Assembly: GCA_002633005.1 (NCBI GenBank)
Contig: NMRA01000010.1
Span: 1,109,252 to 1,173,251, forward strand
DNA: 64,000 bases
Direction of reading: 5' to 3'
DNA from: Phoronis australis
Taxonomy: Eukaryota > Animalia > Phoronida
Both the position numbers and the translations under genes were made by a program. Under the pieces are notes generated by a model. It saw only the letters and a program-made list of their open reading frames with translations. It searched no databases and was not told the origin of the DNA. Each line of letters starts with the position of its first letter. Position 1 is the stretch's first letter. Below, piece after piece: positions 1-11,939 of this stretch.

Positions 1-149
1 AGCACGTTTCCCAAAGCATAATAGTTAACAGACCTGTGACAACAAACAGACCCAGGGTTCATCTGTGCAAGAACTGAAATTTCTTGCTTTTTCTTCATAA
101 TCATACTTTTTATAAATAAATCCAACATTTTTGTAAAATTGATACGTAC

Positions 150-358
150 CTGTTTTATTAAGAACAACCTGTAACTTAATTGTTGTCTCTGAAGAAATTG
201 ATGCATATGGCGCAGGAATACGCTCATGTTCGATGTCTTTTCCCAAGGAACAATAACAGCGACTGTATGCGCCGCGTGACACACAGTAGGTGACCACTGG
301 CCTCCATGGGTGACGTGAAGTCGAGTGTTTCCAGTGAAAGAAGGAGTACGGTAACCAA
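150..358 (-). CDS. GT7-family (B4GALT / beta4GalNAcT-like) glycosyltransferase, coding exon 2; gene continues beyond the left edge
   Basis: Acceptor tttgcag at 359, donor CAG|gtacgt at 150/149. Translates (V)GYRTPSFTGNTRLHVTHGGQWSPTVCHAAHTVAVIVPWEKTSNMSVFLRHMHQFLQRQQLSYRLFLIKQ, matching the GT7 N-terminal pattern GGxxxPxxC...VAIIIP...LHPxLQRQQLxYxIxxIxQ. This is a different frame from the listed 25..465 ORF. Confidence 0.88.
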
Positions 359-1443
359 CTGCAAATACATTTTAGACGGTCACATGTTTGCGGACTAATT
401 TCTAGCCAGTTATCAGCCTGTCTGTGAATAACTCGGTGTGAACTAAATGATAAAAAAGTTTCCATAACCTTACTCTTTATATGGACGCAGACTCATTTGC
501 TTTGAAACGAAAACTGTACCCTTTCGTTGCGACTCATACCCGTACACGTGAGCGAATTTAAACTCTTCACTTACCAAGAATACTGATAACCTCCCACAGT
601 TTCTCATTGTGTTTGTTTCCTTTTCTGTAAGAATTTAGTATTTTGTTTCCTTAATATTTAAAATCGTTTGTTGCCACTACATTTTCCTGCCTGCTTTTAT
701 CGTTTTAGTCTATTGATGCCATAAAACTCCAATCATGGTTAAGTGTTGTCTCTTCAAAACAGAAAGTTGCCGCAAATATCAGTGGCTTTTTGTGAATAAT
801 TGACGTTGTGTAAATACTTCAAAATAATTCCGTCAGTTTGCTTTGCCACCTCGTTGTTAGTTTTAATTTTCTTTGCTTTGTGACTGAGCATTTGATTAAT
901 TGTAAAATCAATAAGTTGGATAGCACCTTCTATTACAAACAGTGTAGGAAAACAACATTCTAATCTGTACGGAAGGAACGTACGTGTGATACAGTATTTA
1001 GGGACGGCTAATTGTCTAAATATTTCCTGTTTGAATTTGTTTAAGAACTCCTGACAGTTATCAGAATGTGTCAGTTTAATATCAAACCAGATTGATGTCT
1101 ACATATGTACGTCAGCTGATTATAAAAGTTAGATTTCTAAGCGTACCATTAAACAAAAATATAGAATATATGTTTTTGTTTAATGGGCTCTGTAAAGTCG
1201 TTTGTTTGTCACACTGTTAATACTACATTTATCACATCTGATTCTGTGTTGCCAAACTACTAATAAAATTGTTTCGTTCACCACTCCGTTTTTTGAAATA
1301 TTTCTCAACTCACTATCAAAGATAGCTTTCTAGAGTAAACCGAATTTTCATTGAAGGATGAGAACGCCGTGCGTAGGCTAATTAATTCAAAGCGTTTTCG
1401 ATTATTCTTTAATAGAATAATTAAAGAAAGTCATCATACTCAC

Positions 1444-1894
1444 CTAATGTATTTGGCTTACAAGAGCATTTCGACAATTTTCTTGCGGTTTTGTTGTTTT
1501 CCAATCCTTCGCAACTACCAAACACAGGAAGTTCCGTTACGTTAACCCTCCAATCGTCATTTTTTGAGTCGAAGGGGTCGTCGTTTCTGTCTTTCGAAGA
1601 CACCTCCTCGTTAGCGTCTGAGGTATGAAACACAAACTTCAGGCGCACACGTTTCCTCTTACGAACTCGCGAACTGTCCTCAGTCAGAGTAACTCTACGA
1701 GGGTCACCCTCGTCACCGTTCACGTGGCGCCCTAGCCTGCCTCCCACAAAATTTGGATGCTCTTCTCTGGTATTACGTAAGACCTCACCACCGAGAAAAT
1801 TGCAAAGTATGTTAACAAGAAGCAACACTATCAGAGCCACAAATACATGACGCTTGTGAGCAGCAAAATCCATTGTTAGCGACTGTATTTCCAT
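1444..1894 (-). CDS. GT7-family glycosyltransferase, coding exon 1 (cytoplasmic tail, signal-anchor TM, stem)
   Basis: ATG at 1894 (a second ATG lies 7 codons later). Hydrophobic stretch VFVALIVLLLVNILCNFL. Ends TTAG|GTGAGT at 1444/1443; 451 nt, phase 1, matching exon 2. Confidence 0.8.
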
Positions 1895-3379
1895 TTTCAC
1901 TCAATCATACTCTCCCCTAAGAGATGCACACGAACGTTACGCACCTACAACTACGGTTTTCTCTGATTGGCTTTCTGCTTGAATTCGTTTCCGGGAGTTT
2001 GTGAGCACATTGTTGGCTTGTTAACTGAATACATCATAAATCCCAATCACAAAAGACCTACGCGTCAGCCTCCATGTGAGATACATGAAATTAAAGTCAA
2101 ATAAAAGAAAACAAGGAAAATTGACACTTGCTGTGAAAGCAATTTCTTGCAAAAATGTCTCAAATACAAGATTCTAGAGTTTTGAAATTGCTGAAGCCTC
2201 TGAGAAGAAATTTTATTGTTGATAGACATGCAGTCTAGTCATGGCGTTTTATATTCCGCAAGGCCCAAGAGAAATTCGAAATTTGACTAACTTCGGCAAT
2301 ATCAGTGATATCTCAGAAATGGTTGATCGGATTCATCACATGTACGTTATGCTATGTTCTTCAAAACTCCAGTATTAAGAATTATTTTTAAAATGTTCTA
2401 TTTTTGCAAGAGGGCTATCGGCAAAGAATATGACTTATGTGATTGTCATGAAAAAGTTGATTATGACGAAAACGAACTGACATTTTAGAAAGCGATGTTT
2501 TTGAGACCTCGTCTTGAACATTTATATCAACTAAAACTTGATAGTGTTATTTCAAAATACCGTTGTTATGCTGTCAACTTACCTTTTTGCTAAACTTTAC
2601 TGAAAAGGCACGATCATGTTATTTGTTCAATTGATTGCAGATTGGTAAAAAAAACAAAAAAAATATAGAAATTTTACAGGCTTTCCATTGTCAGAAATTC
2701 TACGTAATTTAAGTAAAAATCTAAAGTTCTGTAGGTACTTGGTTAAATACGCCGCAGAATCGAGATTGCCTCAGGCTAAATAACCTTCATCGAACAATAT
2801 CCCATCAGTAACTGGTAGTTTTGTTATATACTGATAATTTTTGTTTTAAAATTTGTAAATGCCCAGATATGCCGGAAGTTTTGAGTCCATGAACCCTTTG
2901 GCTGAGCGTAACCAGGCAATTAATGACTATCGAAACTGAAAAGATACTCAGAACACAAAAGACATTATTTACATGCATTACGTGTTGGGAAACACTGCTT
3001 TGCAACAAACATAGATACCGGCAAACTTTACACGAAACTTGGCCGCACTGCAGTCAGTTGGATTAAATGCTTAAGTACGATACCAGATTAAGTTATCGAA
3101 GATCAACTCGGTCATCGCAGTCGTGCCTTCAATTAGCCCTTCCCGGGCGATAAGTCACATAAAATCTCCCGGACAGGTTGAATACTATGAGTGTTATGGT
3201 GTTATGGTATCCAAGTTGTATGGTGAACTCGTCCTGATTTATTTAAATTGCTAAAGAGAATTAACGTCATAAACATTTTGACATACAAATTTATTGTTGC
3301 TTTTGAATTACCCAAGGTTTCCCGGCTAATTCCAGTCACTCAATGAAAGAGCAAAGACCGTCTTTGGAACTTGTCACCA

Positions 3380-3618
3380 ACGCTTCGTGGCGTGCCGGGT
3401 GCCGAACAAGCGGCGCGCTTATCCTGCGTGCGGTTGACTATGGTTCTGAATTTCAATCAAAGATGGCACTNGTCATTATAAAATGGCTGCCGAAAAGCAA
3501 TGCACAGTTGAACAACTCGGCTTAAGTAAAAGAAAACGTTTGAATCAACGAATACTATATATTTGTGAGAGTTAAATCAAGTCCTATTCAGATCATAACT
3601 TTGAAGTGGAATAATTGG
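3380..3618 (+). promoter_or_regulatory. Candidate promoter / non-coding first exon of the R3HCC1-like gene
   Basis: CpG-rich patch at 3380-3435, two YY1-like motifs (AAGATGGC ~3459, AAAATGGCTGCC ~3480), and a consensus donor GG|GTGAGT at 3618/3619. An N at 3471 interrupts it. Confidence 0.4.
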
Positions 3619-4441
3619 GTGAGTAAGACAACAAGCCGGTTTTATGCTTAGGCGGACGACTATAGGGTTTCGGAGTGTACATGTCACTGTCTGTCCTCAC
3701 TGTCAATCAGCAGATGACAGTATGATAGGCATTCTTGTGCCAAAATACTGTTAGGGAATGATAAGTGGAAAATTTAAACCTTGAAATTATAGTAAATGCG
3801 GCCTGCAAGCAGGAAGTTCAGGAGATAGACTTACCGGACTTGAAAAGTACGTCTTCACAGACCAGAAGAGGTGTACACCCAAGCCAAGACAGCGTTCAAA
3901 ACATGCCCAGTCAGGCTCACCATGAAAACAACACAGACACGCACGCACGCACACACACACACACAGGCACGAACACAGACAGCACTGCATGTTGCCACAC
4001 AATGGGAGAATACCACGTTTACAACAAAATTACACATCACCCAGGTATAGTTCTGCTCCTCACTCGACCAACATTACTTAGAGGCTAGACAAGCCAGCCC
4101 TCTAGCTTTATGAAGACAATCGTCAAAATACAGTTAGCTTAGGGCTAGGACCTAGGTACTACTGTGTGTTGATGTCTGTTAGACCCTGAAATTTCACACA
4201 GTCCAGGTATAGGCGGTGAGCCAGAATTTGTAGGCCTTCTAGAAAATGGTTTTTGTGAGTACTTTAAGGGGGCAATTTTATTTTGGTGATTTTTAATTCA
4301 TTTACTAGAGTGTTTTCAAAGTCTAAAAAGTTCCCACATATAAAGTTGCACATTTTTGAGAAATTTGAGTAGTATTTCTGCTCGTAGACTAGACCATAAC
4401 ACTGAGTGGAGGGGTGTATAAACAAAACCTGTGAATCTTAG

Positions 4442-5259
4442 ACCACCATCTCTAGCTGGCCAGTACAGACGGTGTAGCTCCTATAGGAACTTCGTTTGCC
4501 AGAAGCTTTTCGACGAATCATGCCTCACACCAACTATTAAACATCAAAGTCATATTCTTATAAATACACGCACCTCTTTTTGACCTCAAAAGCTAAATCA
4601 AAGCATCCAAGGTAGCTTTTTACAAAGTTGGTTGGCTACTTAGTGGACAGTGAACCCTTTGTGAACTACAAGTTATCGGACTGAAAACAGGTTTCCAACG
4701 GCAAATGGTACGGTCTTGATTCGTTCCCAGATTTTGAGGTGAAATGACTCACAAGTTTTCGTTTTGTTCGTAGAGTTTTTGGCAGAGTGGGAGGAAGGTG
4801 ATGAGCAGTACCAGGCAAAACCCATCGAAAACCAATCGTTTTTAACTCATGTTCTTATAAATACATTTTGGGCATAGAGGGACATCTTAAGAGGCCATTG
4901 ATGTCCTTAACTCCTTCCAACTTGAACAAATACTCCTGTTATCAAACTTTTTCTACTGGCCTTTTTTACACTGCGGGGGATATGACGTCATACCAACTGC
5001 CGCACGCAGTGTTAAAAATGGCCAGTTTCAGATTTTGGGAAATGAACGAAGGACTGCTCGAAGAAAGACCTTGATAACAGAAGTATTTGTTCAATTTGGA
5101 AGGAATTAAAGACATTGACGACCTCCTAAGGTGTCCCTCTATGCACAAAAGATACTTATAACAACGTTACTTTTTAATCAGTGTGAGGCATGATTTGCCG
5201 AAAAGCATCCGGCATATGAAGCTAACCATGGTCTCTACTGGCCAGCTAGAGATGGTGGT
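4442..5259. mobile_element. Non-autonomous foldback DNA transposon (MITE)
   Basis: Terminal inverted repeat ACCACCATCTCTAGCTGGCCAGTA / TACTGGCCAGCTAGAGATGGTGGT. Further inverted matches 4500-4530 vs 5180-5215 and 4865-4947 vs 5071-5150. Confidence 0.8.
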
Positions 5260-5588
5260 TACTGTCTACACTCACCTGGTCTGCTACAGCCATTTAAGTG
5301 GAAAACGATAGATCTATTAAATGTCATTTTCTTGCTCCACATCAATCTCAAACTTATGAGGGTGGAATCATGGAAGGCCACATTGTGTGTTTGTGCACTA
5401 ACAATGAACCGAAGGCTATCTGAGGGACTGTTTCCTTACATCGCTGGTTTTAGGAAGACTGATTTTTTATAACTTAGAGCTTGTTGCTTGTATTTTAGAA
5501 AATCTTTTTTTGTTGAAATAAGTCATTGCAAGAATTATTGACACCTGCATAGAAAAACTAGGTTTCATTTTATTCCAAATTCTTAAAT

Positions 5589-6063
5589 TACCGTATTTGC
5601 CCTAATAAGCGCCCAGGGCGCTTAGAAAAATTCGTTTCAGGGAGGGGTCACTTATTGTAGCCTGAGGCTATTGAAACCCGGTCTCCGATATGGGTGAAAT
5701 CGGAAGCTAGGATACATCAAATTTACGCTCTGCGACATATCTGTTACCTATTACAGACTTTCCACAAAATGGTCGTGAATTGCTAACAAACTTTGTTGTT
5801 AAATTACAATCCATTTTCAGAAAATTGTGTGGAAATCCCAGGGCGAAAACTCGCCAATTGATACGTTGCTGCCTCACAATCGCTGATAGGGCATCTTGAA
5901 TTCTTGAACAAAAACACAGTTTCGACTCAACAAATTACCTAAAATCCTCTTTAAGTTTTCCAAATAGCATCCCTAAGATTTTTAAGTTCCTGTGGAGTTG
6001 GGATTACCAACCGCAGATTAAGCGCTTATAGGGGCATGGGTGCTTATTAGGACGAATATGGTA
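5589..6063. mobile_element. Tc1/mariner(pogo)-like MITE, TA TSD
   Basis: TA-CCGTATTTGCCCTAATAAGCGCCC ... GGGTGCTTATTAGGACGAATATGG-TA imperfect TIRs. Confidence 0.75.
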
Positions 6064-6895
6064 AAGAATTTTTCTTTAATTCCCATTATAAATCAAACTC
6101 ACAAGACAAAACACTCCTCTTTATTCAGTTGAAAGCTTTCCAAATTTTCATTCACACTTTCTCTTTCTACACAAGTGTTCTGAATGATTCTAAAGCTTTG
6201 TCATCTTCTGCTCACAATGGTTACATTGGACAACTTGGGCTGACAGTGGGACTAGTCCACTAGTAAAGAAGGGGTTTTTCAGGTACTACACCGCTAGAAA
6301 TTTGACATTTATTGAACGTTTTGGTATCAACATTGGTCAACTGCATATGAAACAAATCACTTAATATTCAGAGCCATTTGACTATAACTAAAATCTTTGT
6401 GTTTTATTTGTTAATCAACAAATTTCCTGGTGATTTGTTCTGTTCTTACCTTTTAGAAGATAAGATTGAATAGAGCTTCAGTTTTATGAACCACTTCACC
6501 ACGGGGTATTTTTTGAAAACCTTTGTTGCAGTTGGTATCAATGTCCGTACTGCATACTTATCAGTCACCCATTCACGTGAAATGAAAACCAATTCAGGTA
6601 ATTTGTTGTAAACTGGAAGAGCATTTGATTGAAACATCGTGGAAAAAGAACGGACAAACGGGACAATAGGTGACTCTTTTATTTCATGGCGCTGAAAGCT
6701 GACTCATATTATCACTCCACAACTTTGGCAACATAAGTGGTATTTTTTGTCCCCTGTAACCTGTTTGCTTTACCCATAGAAGACTAGTTTTTAATGCCAT
6801 ATTTTTTCACTAGTTTTTACCTACATCACTCCAAAGCTGTATATTTAGAAGTTCTATACCAAGGCTACTGTATCAGTTGCTCGACTTGACACTAG

Positions 6896-6916
6896 TATAT
6901 ATATATATATATATAT
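6896..6916. repeat. (TA)n microsatellite
   Basis: TA run; much longer and gapped in copy B. Confidence 0.9.
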
Positions 6917-7276
6917 TATAGTATCATCATAGTATAATAACATACTATTATAATTAATATACAACAATTATATATGACTGCCTAGCATGTGTGTTTGGAA
7001 CAGCTCAAATTACAGCAGTCTGGGGGTAATTGAAAGCATTTATCTGTCTCTTTGACACATTCACTAATTATGTTTGTTGACATCAGCACTTCAATATTTT
7101 CAATTTGCCTGTAAGCATTCCCAGCAAAGGCTCTTCCATGTCTTCTCAAATCTCCATCACCCAGTGCTTGTAAGGCAGCACACTTCCTTGCAGTGGTGCT
7201 TCAAGGTGCATTTTGCCGCTGTTATAAGTTGTCAATGTTGAATTCTTCATCTACGCTCTTGGAGGTTAAAATCTTT

Positions 7277-7650
7277 ACTAGGCTCGTCTTAAACTATTGG
7301 TGAATGAGCCAGCAATTCAAGTCAAAGGCAATGTGAACACCCACCATTTTTGAATTCGCAATTATAGGGTTGGCTAACCCCAATTAATTCTGAAGTGGTT
7401 TCTTGAGTCATTGATGGTTTTGATGTTCTTGCTGTTAGCAGAAACAGAGTCGCCGTAAAGAATAGTTTGAGACCGATTTTATAAGAATATTTTGTGATAG
7501 TAAAACAAGAGTCGCTGATTGCAAAGATGGAGACTCAGATGACAAGGGGTTTCTTGGCTTGGAAAGAACAGTTTGTTATCGCTTGAGATCAATCTCGCAC
7601 ATAAAATGCACGACTGTGACAAGCAAAGTTATTGAGTTTGGTCTTGAGCA
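7277..7650. repeat. Dispersed repeat family (also ~12273-12640 and inverted at ~23845-24062)
   Basis: The blocks CTAGGCTCGTCTTAAACT, TTTGAGACCGATTTTATAAG and TTTGGTCTTGAGC match the reverse complements of blocks at 24045-24062, 23960-23980 and 23848-23860. Confidence 0.55.
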
Positions 7651-8204
7651 GTAACAAACTGTCATGCCTGCCCTAGCCTACTATCGGGAGTTCACTCAGG
7701 ATTACAAAAATAGGGCATCCGAAATGGGTTGTCCAATTTCTCATGACCACTCATGCGCAACGGTGTTTTTATGACACCAAGCACAATTGCTGTAATAGTG
7801 TAGAATGTTATTGCATGGTTCTGCAAAAAATTTTTTGTGTCTTACCAGCACATCAATCAACTTTTTTGTTTTGGACAGGCCAATGAGCTCATAGAGCTGC
7901 TGCTAGGAAGTTAAAAGGGACAACCATGCTTACTTGCTTAGTACTTTAATTGGGTGTCCAAATTCTGAACTGGGTGTCATAACTAGAGTGTCTATATTTG
8001 AGTCAGGGTGTGCATTTGGATGCCCTATACACCCTCTAGATGAAGGCTTGTCTAATATCCATCCATAATTTGAGTTTTGAGTGAGATGAGACCAATTTCA
8101 TAAATGCAAATTTATTGGTCTTAATAAAAAGTTGGTTTACATCAGCTTTAAACGTCTTTAGAATTTGAAAAATAACCACTTTGTTTTCTCCGCACAGTTC
8201 TACA

Positions 8205-8311
8205 CTGGCTGCATATCTGCATGATCGTTACTTAAGTATCAAGGACACCGCATTCATACAGCTCGTAACATCTGACATCAGGCATTGGTTGGAGCATGCA
8301 ACCTTAAACAG
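8205..8311 (+). CDS. R3HCC1: R3HCC1-like coding exon 1, copy A (CUG start)
   Basis: Exon 8198-8311 (cgcacag| ... AG|gtaagt). ACA-CTG-G then LAAYLHDRYLSIKDTAFIQLVTSDIRHWLEHATLN, similar to the vertebrate R3HCC1 N-terminus. Confidence 0.7.
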
Positions 8312-8704
8312 GTAAGTATAATTGTTCTCGCCACGTAATGGTGCTCTTGCTTGATTTAGAACTGTGTGTTTAATAATTTTGTTTCCTCCCTGCGAAATAA
8401 AAGTAAGTGCACCACTTTTTGTGCATTGGCCTGTCTCCAATGGGAGTTGTGAAAGATTTTGATGAAAGTTTTTTTGATGTGAAAAAATCTTGCCTTGCAC
8501 ATCCATATGCCTTTCCTCTTTAAATTAAGGTTTTGCTATTATTACAATCTTTAAAAACCGTTTTCAAACCAAACAAAGCTCACAAAGTAATTGATTTACA
8601 TAATCATTGTTACCTATCGCCAATAGGCTACAATAATTATTTTAATGCTACTTTTCTGCACCAGCTATGAATGTTCATTCCACAAATTGGTTAACCTTAA
8701 CACA

Positions 8705-8880
8705 TCACTATGGTAACTGTTCCATTTCCCTGTTAATTTTTCCATCTCCATGACAGTTGTTTTATAGATGTCCATGGTAAATGTTCCATTTTCATCATGG
8801 TAATTGTTTCGTATCCATGGTGATTTTTTCATCTCCATGGTAATTTTTCCACTTCCATGGTAATTGTTCCATCTCCGTGT
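8705..8880. repeat. Degenerate ~21-bp tandem repeat (CCATGGTAATTGTTCCATCT-like); also 13693-13868
   Basis: About 8 diverged units directly upstream of the R3H exon acceptor. Confidence 0.75.
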
Positions 8881-8893
8881 CAATTCTTGGCAG

Positions 8894-9037
8894 GGTTCTC
8901 CTGTTTCCTGCTGTGTCCAGTTTCCACCGTTTGCTCATCCACGACTCGGCCAAGATCTACCCTGGGTTGTGCACCTTCTCTATCGGACAGGACCAAAAGA
9001 GGAGAACCGTGGTGTGCTTGGAGGCTACTATCCTCAG
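8894..9037 (+). CDS. R3HCC1: R3HCC1-like R3H-domain exon, copy A
   Basis: ttggcag| ... CTCAG|gtaat. RVLLFPAVSSFHRLLIHDSAKIYPGLCTFSIGQDQKRRTVVCLEATIL contains the R-x3-H motif and the FSxG..RRTV pattern. Confidence 0.8.
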
Positions 9038-9118
9038 GTAATGCACCGTATGTCCCAAGGGAGAGGGAACAGTGGGCCACCGTCTCCATGTAGTAGATGC
9101 GTCAGATGTTTCACAGGG

Positions 9119-9350
9119 AGGGTGGACCTGGGCCACTGTACCATTCTGTAGTAGTATACCCACCAGACATCTCACCAGGGTGGACGTGGGCAGCTGTAGC
9201 ATTCTGTAGTAGTACACCCACCAGACATCTCACCAGGGTGGAATTGGACCTTTGTACCATTCTGTAGTAGTACACCCAGCAGACATCTCACCAGGGTGGA
9301 CGTGGGCCACTGTACCATTCTGTAGTAGTACACCCACCAGACATCTCACC
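9119..9350. repeat. 58-bp minisatellite, 4 units
   Basis: Unit AGGGTGGACGTGGGCCACTGTACCATTCTGTAGTAGTACACCCACCAGACATCTCACC at 9119, 9177, 9235, 9293. Confidence 0.95.
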
Positions 9351-9727
9351 AGGGATGAAAATGGCAGTGGGGCACCATTCTCAGGTAGTAATTCGTAGTA
9401 CGTCTGACGGGACAGCAAGTAGCAAGCAATACTCTCTCAATGTCTTGGATAGATGTGTGCAGTAGGAGATTTGTTGTTACAGTAACCACGAGTAATTTTG
9501 TCTTTGTTGTTGGTATTAGTGAAGAGTTACAGGACAAATGTGCTGTCCTGGGGTAATGCACTAACCACTGATTAAGGGCGCTCTTCTTTTCAAAACATGA
9601 CTGATCAGTTCAAAACTGTTCTCAAAGAACAGCTGTTGGTAAACTTTCTCATCAAACCGTCCTGTTCTCTTAGTCCACTGGTGGTCATCATCTTCTCAAC
9701 TGCAGTGTTCCTATCTTAGTCTGTTAA

Positions 9728-9822
9728 TATGACTAGTAGTCTGCTAAATGTGACTAGTAGTTTGCTATTGTGACTAGTAGTTTGCTATTGTGACTAGTAG
9801 TCTCTTAATGTGACTAGTAGTC
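9728..9822. repeat. ~19-20-bp tandem repeat (TGTGACTAGTAGTTTGCTAT), 5 units; 3 units in copy B (~14778-14832)
   Basis: Repeated GACTAGTAGT core. Confidence 0.85.
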
Positions 9823-10363
9823 CGTATAACAGACCTTATCTTTAGGTTAATTTTATCAATTCAGGGGCTTTCATCTACAGTGACATTATTGTCGTTTTTC
9901 AAATCCGCTGTAGAATGGTTGTTGGCATGTTGACCTCCTGTGACATCACAAATAACTTTGGCATGTGTAACCTGGTTTATAATTTTCATTTTAGGTGGTA
10001 AGATTAGACTTCAGCATGTTCAGATGGCGCATGCCTCAAGAATCTTTCGCGCAAAAAATTTGCCAATCTATGTATTGTTGGCTAATTTTCAGTCTTTTAT
10101 TTTTGTTTCTTGATTGTTCAGTATAATTACACCAAAAACTTGTTTTAGTCTACCTGTGTTTTCGTTTTTGTTGTGCTCAAGTCACTAAGTGTTGGTTTCC
10201 ATCTAGTTTTTTTAAATATTACCAAGTTATTTGTGATGCTTTCTGTTGTTTATGAGCTGAGAACAGTCCCACTGTACATTTGAAAATAACAGCACTGTGG
10301 ATGAAATTCCCTCAATTCTGCTAATGACTTGCATTGAGGTTATCGTGTCACCTGTGTGTTTAG

Positions 10364-10438
10364 GGAAATGAACAAGAGCCACACAGATCTAAATGTAGGT
10401 GGACAGCCAACGCAAGGTGTCGGCGATGGCCAGAGAAG
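10364..10438 (+). CDS. R3HCC1: R3HCC1-like exon 3, copy A
   Basis: gtttag| 75 nt |gtttgt; phase 2-2; REMNKSHTDLNVGGQPTQGVGDGQR. Confidence 0.65.
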
Positions 10439-11019
10439 GTTTGTGGTTACTGATTGGGCATCGTCAGAGGTGTAGCCAATCTCTTGATTTATCGGTACAG
10501 AGTTTAAAGTTGATCTTCAACAAAATCGTGTGCCCAGACTGGAAAACTTTCGGCCAAATTGGGGGAGGAATTATCATTGGATAATAAAGAAGGGCGTGAT
10601 TTCGAATTTTTTTTGTCTGTGGAAACATTAAGAATCCGTTTCATTTAATTATACAGACACGCTAGCCGGGGATACAATCCAGCTCCTAGTTATCAAAGTT
10701 AAAATTGGTTGCGTGAAGAGATTCAGTACATGTTTTGTGCACCGTGGTTCACACATGCACTGTGAATGTTAAACCCTGCGCAATAAAATTGTGCTATTGT
10801 CGCTAAAACACTCAAATTTCTATGTATGAACTTTTCCAGTGTTTTAAAACCACTGTATGAAGTAGCATTATTAATGTGTGGTGGTCACTTGAAGTTATCC
10901 TTTGCAGAATATACATCTGAGTATCTTGGTTCGTTTTAACCTTCTAGACAGATAGTTGTTTCCTGATGTTTGCGCCACGAATGAGTAGACTGATAATTAC
11001 CCTCTATTTTGTGTTTCAG

Positions 11020-11122
11020 GCAACGCAAGAAACGAGCAGAGGCCCAGCTGTATGTCCCACCATCACGGCGTACAGCCACTCCCTCTGTTGGCACAAACCA
11101 TTGCCAGGCCAGAGGTCCAGGA
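11020..11122 (+). CDS. R3HCC1: R3HCC1-like exon 4, copy A, truncated at the assembly join
   Basis: Matches the start of 18237-19980 (one synonymous difference); ends at N 11123. Confidence 0.6.
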
Positions 11123-11800
11123 NACATTGGACAACTTGGGCTGACAGTGGGACTAGTCCACTAGTAAAGAAGGGGTTTTTCAGGTACTACACCGCTAGAA
11201 ATTTGACATTTATTGAACATTTTGGTATCAACATTGGTCAACTGCATATGAAACAAATCACTTAATATTCAGAGCCATTTGACTATAACTAAAATCTTTG
11301 TGTTTTATTTGTTAATCAACAAATTTCCTGGTGATTTGTTCTGTTCTTACCTTTTAGAAGATAAGATTGAATAGAGCCTCAGTTTTATGAACCACTTCAT
11401 CACGGGGTATTTTTTGAAAACCTTTGTTGCAGTTGGTATCAATATCCGTACTGCATACTTATCAGTCACCCATTCACGTGAAATGAAAACCAATTCAGGT
11501 AATTTGTTGTAAACTGGAAGAGCATTTGATTGAAACATCGTGGAAAAAGAACGGACAAATGGGACAATAGGTGGCTCTTTTATTTCATGGCGCTGAAAGC
11601 TGACTCATATTATCACTCCACAACTTTGGCAACATAAGTGGTATTTTTTGTCCCCTGTAACCTGTTTGCTTTACCCGTAGAAGACTAGTTTTTAATGCCA
11701 TATTTTTTCACCAGTTTTTACCTACATCACTCCAAAGCTGTATATTTAGAAGTTCTATACCAAGGCTACTGTATCAGTTGCTCGACTTGACACTAGTATG

Positions 11801-11844
11801 TATATATATATATATATNNNNNNNNNNNNNNNNNNNNNNNNNNN

Positions 11845-11932
<88 letters not shown>
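11801..11932. repeat. Long (TA)n microsatellite containing an N gap
   Basis: TA run on both sides of Ns at 11818-11844. Confidence 0.95.

Positions 11933-11939
<7 letters not shown>

Larger units (their letters stand above)
6223..11122. repeat. Copy A of a ~4.9-kb duplicated segment (probable alternative haplotype)
   Basis: Near-identical to 11124-18339 apart from a 2.2-kb insertion there. It stops mid-exon at a single N (11123). Confidence 0.9.

Noticed and set aside
25-465. 146-aa ORF METFLSF...
   Set aside because: Shadow frame; the real GT7 exon (150-358) is in another frame.
3765-4088. 107-aa ORF as an upstream coding exon of R3HCC1
   Set aside because: GTG start, a CA-microsatellite-derived THTHT tract, a phase-1 donor incompatible with the next exon, and no family similarity.
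6990-7260. Minus-strand open stretch (…CAALQALGDGDLRRHG…)
   Set aside because: Interrupted by stops, partly deleted in copy B, and no recognisable domain.
9119-9350. 58-bp array as a CRISPR-like structure
   Set aside because: Head-to-tail units without unique spacers in a eukaryotic intron; an ordinary VNTR.
8857-9561. Cluster of 60-95 aa ORFs on both strands (also 13812-14537)
   Set aside because: Products of the minisatellites and off-frame readings of the R3H exon.
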